DNA of 51,542 nucleotides from an uncultured Planctomycetaceae bacterium (GTDB lineage Bacteria; Planctomycetota; Planctomycetia; Pirellulales; UBA7805): positions 1 through 51,542 of the forward strand of contig CAYLRE010000004.1 of the NCBI GenBank assembly GCA_964385715.1, read 5' to 3'. Below the pieces are notes generated by a model that saw only the letters and a list, made by a program, of their open reading frames with translations, did no database searches and was not told where the DNA came from. Positions 44,568 to 51,542 of this stretch are shown one piece after another (the stretch's first letter is position 1; the number at the start of each line of letters is the position of its first letter). The translations under genes were made by a program, and so were the position numbers.

Positions 44568-45599
44568 CTACGCAACCGGTTCCACGGCCATGGCCGCGTC
44601 GTCGGCTTTCTCGGGCAGTTGATCCAAGATCTCCATCAATACCTGGTCAGCTGGAATGCTTTCAGCCTGGGCCTCGAAGTTGAGGATCACGCGGTGTCGC
44701 ATGGCCGGCAGGTAGACGCGGCGAATGTCTTCGAAGCTGACGTTGTAGCGACCTTCGAGCAGGGCCCGCACCTTGGCCGCTAGGGCCAGCGTTTGCGCGC
44801 CTCGCGGGCTCGATCCCCAACGCAGGTACTGATTGGTCACCGGCAAAGCGTAGGGGCCTTCGGGGTGTGTGGCCAGGGTCAGACGAACGGCGTAGTCCTG
44901 CACGTGCGGGGCGAGGATCACTTCGCGGATCAGCTGTTGCCACTTCACGATCTCTTCGCCGTCCATGACCGGGTCGACGTTGATCACTTCGCCACGCGTG
45001 GTGCGGTCGACGATTGTCCCGAGTTGCTCGCGACTCGAGTAGCCAACCAGCAGCTTGAAGAAGAAGCGGTCGAGCTGGGCTTCGGGCAATGGATAGGTAC
45101 CTTCCTGCTCAAGTGGGTTCTGCGTGGCCATCACAAAGAACGGGGCTTGTAGCTGATGGATTTCGCCACCCACGCTCACGGAGCGTTCCTGCATCGCCTC
45201 GAGCATGGCGCTTTGCGTCTTCGGCGTGGCACGGTTGATTTCGTCCGCCAGGCAGATCTGCGTGAAGATCGGCCCCTTCTGGAATTCAAACACGCGGCGA
45301 CCGTCGGGAGTCTCCATGACCATGTTCGTACCGAGAATGTCGGCCGGCATTAGATCGGGCGTGAACTGGATGCGCGAGAAGTCGAGCTTGAGCGTTTCGG
45401 CCAGCGTGCGTACCAGCAGCGTCTTACCGAGGCCGGGGACGCCTTCGAGCAGGCAGTGGCCACCGACGAACAAGCAAGTGAGCACGCCGTGGAGAATGTC
45501 GTCGTGTCCTACGATTACGCGTGCGAGTTGATCCTTCACGGCGTTGTACCGCTGTGCGAACTCTTCGGCCCGCTGCTGCATCGATTCGCCAATACTCAT
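44568..45599 (-). CDS. MoxR-family AAA+ ATPase
   Basis: LLEGVPGLGKT, RIQFTPDLMPADILG, DEINRATPKTQSAMLEAMQE and ATQNPLEQEGTYPLPEAQLDRF. Confidence 0.95.
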   Translation of the reverse strand: MSIGESMQQRAEEFAQRYNAVKDQLARVIVGHDDILHGVLTCLFVGGHCLLEGVPGLGKTLLVRTLAETLKLDFSRIQFTPDLMPADILGTNMVMETPDGRRVFEFQKGPIFTQICLADEINRATPKTQSAMLEAMQERSVSVGGEIHQLQAPFFVMATQNPLEQEGTYPLPEAQLDRFFFKLLVGYSSREQLGTIVDRTTRGEVINVDPVMDGEEIVKWQQLIREVILAPHVQDYAVRLTLATHPEGPYALPVTNQYLRWGSSPRGAQTLALAAKVRALLEGRYNVSFEDIRRVYLPAMRHRVILNFEAQAESIPADQVLMEILDQLPEKADDAAMAVEPVA

Positions 45600-45681
45600 A
45601 AGAAAAAATCCTCAACTAAGGTTGGTCGTTGTATTGAATTGTGTTGGTGTCTGGAACCGTGTCCTATAGTGAGCCGAGCTG

Positions 45682-48600
45682 CTATTCTTTTTTGCGACCC
45701 TTGATCGCGTCCTTCTTGGCTTTCAGCAGCCGGCTGGTGTAGTCCTCGGCCTCGTCCTGTTCTTGCGGCGCGATCGGGCTCGGGGCCGTGCGTGGTCGGT
45801 CATCCGGTGTGGTCGTAGACCCTTCGGCCGAAAGAACCTCGACACCAGCGGCCGCGTCAGTGTCGGACTGCACATCTGGTTCGAATCGCGTGGCCGCTTT
45901 GCGCTGTTCGATGTCGTCGGTCACCTCGGCCTTTCGAGATCGGAGACGGGCCATCGTCTCGCTCTCCTGCGGTGCCGGTTCGCGACGGAGTACCTTGTCA
46001 CGAGCCTTGGCAACTAGCGGCGGAACCCAGTCGAAGCGAACGTGGACGCGGCGATAGAACACATCGAGCACGAACAGCTGGCTGCCGACGAACAGTAGGA
46101 AGAACCAGATTCCCTGATTGCTTCTCGCCTTGGGAAGGTCGTGCCGGAAGACGTCGATCTCGAGCAGTTTCTCGAGCTGACCGGTGCCGGCAGCATCCTC
46201 GATGATCTTGCCCGGCTGTCCACCTTCGGGCGATCGCTCGGCCAGATCTTGAAGCAGGGCCAGATTTGATTCTCGTTCGCGATATTCCGACGAATAGGGA
46301 ACGCTGACGCCGGCGCGAATCGGGGCGTTGCCTCCGCCGGGATTGATCGTCATGAAGTATCCGCCAGCGGCGTCTGCTGGAAATTCGCCTTCGTAGCGAC
46401 CCGGCGCGGTTTGTTCGATTCTCAGGTCGCGTTGCTTGAGTTCCGGATCGACGACGTTGCCAACCAAGTTCAGGGAGTTGGCGAATTGCTCGTTCTCGTC
46501 GAGCGCCGTGATGACAACCTTGACCTTACCATCCTTCACGTCGGTCGCCACCTGAAACGAACCTGACTCATCGACCGGCCGCATCGACCAGCGGACAATC
46601 TGACTGAATTGCTTCTGGTAGTCGTCCCAGCCGGTCCACTCGTTCGCCCAGCGACTGCCGACGTCGGTCGTAAAGGCGACCGTACGTCCCAGTCCATATG
46701 TCCAGCTGGCTAAGAGCGTATTGTTGATTTCGTCGACCGGCTGAGGCGATCGCATCGAGACTTCTACCAACGGGCTTTCTTTGAGACGCGTCAATACGAA
46801 GCTGCTGATTGGGGGCGGCGAATCAATTCCCTGCACCATCTCATGATTGCTCACAATCTTGGGCTGCATGGTGCCCCCGCCTTTGGGGCGAAATTCGAGC
46901 GACTTGGCCAGCCGGCGAACTTCGCGCTGATAGATGCGCGGCAGTGCCTTGGCGTTCTGGACGTGGTAGTACTTTCCACGCGTGTGGCGAGCGATCCGAC
47001 TCAGCTCGCGACGATTGGCAGCCCCGTGCGTGCCGACGCCAACGGTGGTCACCTTGACGCCCTCTTGGACAAGCGCATTGAGGGTGCTGTTCTTGGCCCC
47101 CGAAGCATCTCCGTCGCTGATCAAGATCATGTGTTTGGTCGCGGCATCGCCCACCCTGTTGACCTCTTTGAAACCTCGCAACGCGAGCTGAAGTCCCGGC
47201 TCGAAGTCAGGCATGTCGCCTGGGAACATGCGATCGATCTTTTGCAGCATGAGTTTGCGGCGTCTGCCAACCTTGAGCATGCCTTTGCGCCCATCGGACC
47301 AGAGCCAGTTGCAGCCCTGGATGCCGCCCTGACCGCTGTAATGAATCAGTCCGCAGTAATCTTCTCGCCCCAAGGTCTTGAGTGATTCTTGCGCGATTCG
47401 GTGTTGCCAGTAATTGCCGTCCGCCATTTCGCTGGCGTGCATGACCAGACAGAGCGCGCCGACCAGTGCGATCTTGGTGTTGTTGATCTGAAAGTCGACC
47501 GGCATCGCCTTTTCGAGCTCGGTATTTGTCCAGCCGCCAAGTCCGAACGAGTTGGGCCCGCCCAGCATCACCAGGCCGGCACCCATCTGTTGGGTGTTTC
47601 GCACCAGCATGTCGATTTGATCGTCGGAGAAGGCCTCGGCCGCCGATTCGTCGACGCGGGCCACGTTCGCCAACACGACCGTATCGTAGCGCTGAAGCTC
47701 CGCCAGGCTGTTAAAAAGCGTCTTCGGCGTCTGCTGATGGACGGCCAGATTTTCTTCTTTGAGTTTTTGCACCAGGAAGTCGAATTCACCGCCGTCGTCC
47801 TCCGGCTTGATCAACAGCACCTGGCCACGGCCGCGGACGTGCGTGAAGGTTTGAGCCCGGTTGTTTCGTAGCTGCGCGTCGACGGTCGCGTCGTCCGTAC
47901 GAAAGCGCGCTTCGTAGGTGTAGAAGTCCGGGGCGTCGATCTGCTCCGGCACATCGGGCGTGATGACCGTCTTGCCCGGCGGCAGTTCCATTTTCGATTC
48001 GACGATCACGCGTTCTTCATCGCCAGAGCGACGAACGACTTGCAAGGTGCCCGCGACCGGCTTGCTTCCCTTGGGGGCATTGCTGTTGAGTACGACGCGG
48101 AGATCGAACGGTTGTCCGCGACGAACGTCGGAGGGAATGGTGAGCTTTTCGACCGCCACGTCGACATCGCTCTCGGTGTAAACCGGCAGAACATCGATGC
48201 TGACTCCTGCGGCCTGCAAACGGGCCGCCTGACGTCGGGCGTTACCGATGTTCTCGTTGCCATCGGTGATGATCACGATTCGCTTGGCGGTATTTTCTGG
48301 GTAGAGCGCGACCGCCATCTTCATGGCCGACTCAAGATTCGTGAACTCACCGTCGACGAACGTCTCCGTGGTCGAAATTGGTGGTGGATCATCCTCGACA
48401 GGGCCAATCTCGACATCGGCGTCGCGACCAAAGATCACCACGCCGGCCCGATCTTGCCGCTTGGAATCGCGGTGCCTCCGCCACGACGACTTCACGTAGT
48501 CGAGCATCTCACGCCGGGTCTCGGCCGGAATACTGTCCGACTGGTCGAGCAGGTAGATCACCGTGAGGCGATCGGTCGTGCGAACCAACTGGGCTTCGGC

Positions 48601-48771
48601 TAGGGCCGCGATCAGCAATAGCAACACGGCACTTCGCAGCAACAGCGCCACCACACTTCGCACCCGTCCCAGGCCAGCGAGGCTGCGCAAGCTCGTCCAC
48701 CACAGCACTGGGAGCAGCACCAGCAGCAGCAGGAACAGTGGACTCTCGAAGGTCAGGTCGTAGCCGAGCAT
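45682..48771 (-). CDS. Large VWA / glutamine-amidotransferase-like domain membrane protein
   Basis: N-terminal TMs, MIDAS LLDQSDS, LVMLGGPNSFGLGGW, second VWA (MILISDG), YGLGRTVAFTTD..W, an Ig-like region and a C-terminal TM. Confidence 0.85.
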   Translation of the reverse strand: MLGYDLTFESPLFLLLLVLLPVLWWTSLRSLAGLGRVRSVVALLLRSAVLLLLIAALAEAQLVRTTDRLTVIYLLDQSDSIPAETRREMLDYVKSSWRRHRDSKRQDRAGVVIFGRDADVEIGPVEDDPPPISTTETFVDGEFTNLESAMKMAVALYPENTAKRIVIITDGNENIGNARRQAARLQAAGVSIDVLPVYTESDVDVAVEKLTIPSDVRRGQPFDLRVVLNSNAPKGSKPVAGTLQVVRRSGDEERVIVESKMELPPGKTVITPDVPEQIDAPDFYTYEARFRTDDATVDAQLRNNRAQTFTHVRGRGQVLLIKPEDDGGEFDFLVQKLKEENLAVHQQTPKTLFNSLAELQRYDTVVLANVARVDESAAEAFSDDQIDMLVRNTQQMGAGLVMLGGPNSFGLGGWTNTELEKAMPVDFQINNTKIALVGALCLVMHASEMADGNYWQHRIAQESLKTLGREDYCGLIHYSGQGGIQGCNWLWSDGRKGMLKVGRRRKLMLQKIDRMFPGDMPDFEPGLQLALRGFKEVNRVGDAATKHMILISDGDASGAKNSTLNALVQEGVKVTTVGVGTHGAANRRELSRIARHTRGKYYHVQNAKALPRIYQREVRRLAKSLEFRPKGGGTMQPKIVSNHEMVQGIDSPPPISSFVLTRLKESPLVEVSMRSPQPVDEINNTLLASWTYGLGRTVAFTTDVGSRWANEWTGWDDYQKQFSQIVRWSMRPVDESGSFQVATDVKDGKVKVVITALDENEQFANSLNLVGNVVDPELKQRDLRIEQTAPGRYEGEFPADAAGGYFMTINPGGGNAPIRAGVSVPYSSEYRERESNLALLQDLAERSPEGGQPGKIIEDAAGTGQLEKLLEIDVFRHDLPKARSNQGIWFFLLFVGSQLFVLDVFYRRVHVRFDWVPPLVAKARDKVLRREPAPQESETMARLRSRKAEVTDDIEQRKAATRFEPDVQSDTDAAAGVEVLSAEGSTTTPDDRPRTAPSPIAPQEQDEAEDYTSRLLKAKKDAIKGRKKE

Positions 48772-48875
48772 GCGTGGTTAGGTTTGCCGGGAATCGTTCT
48801 TAGTTGCGGAGAATCGTTTTTTTGTTTTGATTTTGTTACTTCGCTATTGTTTCAAATTTCGTGCATAGCGCGAAC

Positions 48876-49925
48876 TTAGAACAGAACTCGCTGCACACGG
48901 TGATGATTCGTGTCGATAACGTGCAGCCGCTCTTGGCTGTCTCGTACCAGAGCCCAAGGGTTGTGCAGTTCGCCTTCGCCGTGCCCGGCCCCACCCCAAC
49001 AACCGAGCGACTTGCCCTCGCGCGTGAATTTCTGCACCCGATGATTGCCGTATTCGCAGATGTAAACAATGTCATCGGCGAGCACGATGTCGTAGGGGTA
49101 GGAAAGTTGTCCCGGTTCGGTTCCCGGCGTTCCCCACATCTTCAGTAGCTTGCCCTCGGTGTCGAAGACCTGCACGCGATGGTTGCAAGCGTCGACAACC
49201 CACAGGCGGTCTTGCTCGTCGATTGTCATGTTCTGCGGACGGCGGAATTGGCCGGGTGCCTCGCCGTGGCCTCCCCACTGCGTGATAAATTTGCCCTCGG
49301 GCGAGAACTTCTGCACGCGGTCAAAGTCGCCATACTCGCAGACATAGGTGTTGCCGGCCGAGTCGACGACCGCGTCGGTAACGAGTCCAAATTCGCCCGG
49401 GCCCTGCCCTTTCTTGCCGCCGAGCGTGCGATCTTCCAGCAGCTTCCCCTCCGGCGAGTAATAGAGGATGCGATAGTAATGTGTATCGGCGACCATCAGA
49501 TTGCCGTCGGGATCGATAGTCAGGCCGGTCGGTTTACCGAACTTGCTCTCGGGCGTCCGGATCGGTCCCAGGAGAAGATTGCCGTCGGTGTCGAAAACCT
49601 GAATTCGAGCCAGCTTGTCGACGATGTAGATGCGGTCGTTCTCGTCGATTGCCGCGGCGCGTGGTTTTTGAAGTCGGCCATCGGCCACGCCACGTTTGCC
49701 CCAGGTGAGATCGAGCGATCCGCTGCTGCTCCCCGAGGTGCCGGCCCCGGCCCGACCGATCCAGATTCCGATCCCGCCGAGCAAGAACAGCGCCAACACG
49801 AGCAGCAATTTCGCACTACCCCGTCGTAATTCCGCGCGGCTGCATTGAGGGCGATCTCGACGAGGTTGGTGCCTCGGCTCGGACCGATTGCCCCGCATCG
49901 ACAATTTGGTTGGTCGTTGATTCAT
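48876..49925 (-). CDS. NHL-repeat beta-propeller protein with N-terminal anchor
   Basis: Repeated WG..G..PG.F..P motifs followed by VADTHYYRIL, VCEYGDFDRVQKF, VDACNHRVQVF and CEYGNHRVQKF. Start uncertain (49973, 49925 or 49898). Confidence 0.88.
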   Translation of the reverse strand: MNQRPTKLSMRGNRSEPRHQPRRDRPQCSRAELRRGSAKLLLVLALFLLGGIGIWIGRAGAGTSGSSSGSLDLTWGKRGVADGRLQKPRAAAIDENDRIYIVDKLARIQVFDTDGNLLLGPIRTPESKFGKPTGLTIDPDGNLMVADTHYYRILYYSPEGKLLEDRTLGGKKGQGPGEFGLVTDAVVDSAGNTYVCEYGDFDRVQKFSPEGKFITQWGGHGEAPGQFRRPQNMTIDEQDRLWVVDACNHRVQVFDTEGKLLKMWGTPGTEPGQLSYPYDIVLADDIVYICEYGNHRVQKFTREGKSLGCWGGAGHGEGELHNPWALVRDSQERLHVIDTNHHRVQRVLF

Positions 49926-50159
49926 GCCCACATCTCGTCTGTCGAATAGTATCGTCGCGGAAAACGCTGGCAAAGCAAGGCTCGGTTGCCGATGTTGTCT
50001 ATTCAGGTGTGCCTAACTGCAGGCCGCAAAACGCGCGTGGAGCGGTCGTGGTAGGCACCATCGATCGCGCCAGGCTCGCGGCTCAAAGCCTTGACGATAT
50101 CTCGTAAAGGCCCTTATAGTAACACATTACGATCAAAAGTCCGCATCGGAAACGCCCCT

Positions 50160-51281
50160 ATGAACCCCGTCGTGATTGATTTTCGCAGTGCCGAAGATGC
50201 GCGCGACGTGGTTCACCGAGCCGTTCAGGCCCTGGCAGAGGACAAACTGGTCGCTTTTCCCACGGAAACGGTCTACGGTCTGGCCGCCAGTGCCCTCTCT
50301 GAGAAGGCCGTAGAAGCACTGATCAACGCCAAGGGACGCGCCGAAGGCCACCCCATGGCCCTGGCAGTAAAGAGTGCCGACGACGCGCTCGACTACGTGC
50401 CCGATCTCGGGTCCGTAGGACGACGCCTGGCCCGTCGTTGCTGGCCTGGCCCCGTGACCTTGGTGGCCGAGAATCGTCACCCGGACAGCCTGGTGCGGCG
50501 TCTGCCGGAAGCGGTGCAGAAGGCCCTCCTGCCGTTGGGAACGGTCGGACTTCGTGTTCCAGCTCACGAATTGATTCTCGAGGTGCTTCGCCTGATGGCG
50601 GGCCCCATCGTCTTTTCCAGCGCCAACTTGACCGGCGGCGAAGATCCGCTCACCGCCGACCAGGTCGTAGAACAATTGGGCGAGCGAGTCGACCTAGTGC
50701 TCGACGACGGTCGTTGTCGCTTCGGACAAGCGTCTTCAGTCCTTAAAGTCAACGAAAACGATTACCAAATTCTCCGCGAAGGGGTCGTGAACAAGCAGAC
50801 TCTGCACCGGCTTTCCAGCTTCATGTTGCTGGTCGTCTGCACGGGCAACACCTGTCGCAGCCCCATGGCGGAGAGAATCGCCAAGAAGCTGATCGCCGAG
50901 CGTCTCGACTGCAAAGTCGATGAGCTGGAACAGAACTCGGTCATCGTCTCATCGGCCGGCACGTCGGCCATGGGCGGAGGGGCACCTAGCCCGCAGGCGG
51001 TCGAGGTTCTCTCCGGTCAGGGAATCGACCTGGGCGATCATCAGTCGCAGCCAGTTCGCGAACAGCTCATTCGCCACGCCGACCTGATTCTGACGATGAC
51101 CCGCGGGCATCATCAGGCAATCGTCAACACCTGGCCCGATGCGGCCGAGCGAACGCACGTTCTTTGCGAGGACGGCTCTGACGTCTCCGACCCGATCGGC
51201 GGTCCTGTCGAGTTGTACGCCGCCTGTGCCAAGCAGATGACTAAAGAGCTCGAGCGGTGGGTCGCCGAGCTGGACATCTAA
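50160..51281 (+). CDS. Threonylcarbamoyl-AMP synthase (TsaC/Sua5) fused to low-molecular-weight protein phosphatase
   Basis: VAFPTETVYGL, KGR, WPGPVTLV, GLRVP and SSANLTG, then VCTGNTCRSPMAE and DVSDPIGG. Start moved to ATG 50160. Confidence 0.92.
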   Translation: MNPVVIDFRSAEDARDVVHRAVQALAEDKLVAFPTETVYGLAASALSEKAVEALINAKGRAEGHPMALAVKSADDALDYVPDLGSVGRRLARRCWPGPVTLVAENRHPDSLVRRLPEAVQKALLPLGTVGLRVPAHELILEVLRLMAGPIVFSSANLTGGEDPLTADQVVEQLGERVDLVLDDGRCRFGQASSVLKVNENDYQILREGVVNKQTLHRLSSFMLLVVCTGNTCRSPMAERIAKKLIAERLDCKVDELEQNSVIVSSAGTSAMGGGAPSPQAVEVLSGQGIDLGDHQSQPVREQLIRHADLILTMTRGHHQAIVNTWPDAAERTHVLCEDGSDVSDPIGGPVELYAACAKQMTKELERWVAELDI

Positions 51282-51457
51282 CGGCCCGGTTTCCGCTGCC
51301 CAAATTCGCCTTCAAACGGCGACTTCTGGCGAAATTTCTATTGCCGTGCGGCTCCGTGACAAAGGAGGCAGAATTCGCTAGAATAGGGCCTTCTCGGAGC
51401 CAATTCCCTGGCCTCCTGAACCATTCTCCCACTATCCCGGAACAGCAGACTTCTCCT

Positions 51458-51542
51458 ATGCGAATCGCCGTTGGCAGTGATCATCGTGGTATCGACGTTA
51501 AGCGTCAGGTCTTGGAATACCTGGAGTCGCTCGGGCACGAGG
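51458..51542 (+). CDS. rpiB: Ribose-5-phosphate isomerase B (3' partial)
   Basis: ATG 51458 gives MRIAVGSDHRGIDVKRQVLEYLESLGHE, the RpiB/LacAB N-terminal motif. Runs off the window edge. Confidence 0.85.
   Translation, partial: MRIAVGSDHRGIDVKRQVLEYLESLGHE

Overview
GC-rich bacterial chromosomal segment. The gene content points to a Planctomycetota genome, probably Pirellulales-like: planctomycete-type outer-membrane beta-barrel, double-length UvrA, BatA/VWA-DUF58-MoxR operon, RDD-SpoIIM-DUF4129-DUF4350 cluster and DUF1080 protein. About 35 real CDSs are present, including tal, ribD, uvrA, lipA, smpB, a TsaC-LMW phosphatase fusion and the start of rpiB. I found no rRNA, tRNA, CRISPR array, transposase or integrase. 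Main leads: (1) a lipid-tailoring neighbourhood at 7.9-21.6 kb with a beta-barrel, an MMPL transporter, a ketosynthase with catalytic Cys replaced by Glu, two desaturases, a GNAT resembling the bacterial ceramide-synthase/YghO family, an SDR and a UbiD; (2) three co-clustering families of palindromic REP-like repeats, one copy of which sits in frame inside an SDR gene and is translated as GTGSELPVAP; (3) unusual fusions or degenerate proteins: KorB-CBS, TsaC-phosphatase, tandem UvrA with a duplicated extra domain, a kinase-less PAS-GAF-receiver protein and a probable pseudo-retropepsin. All family assignments come from recognising motifs by eye, with no database search. Several starts were moved from the ORF track to more plausible downstream codons.
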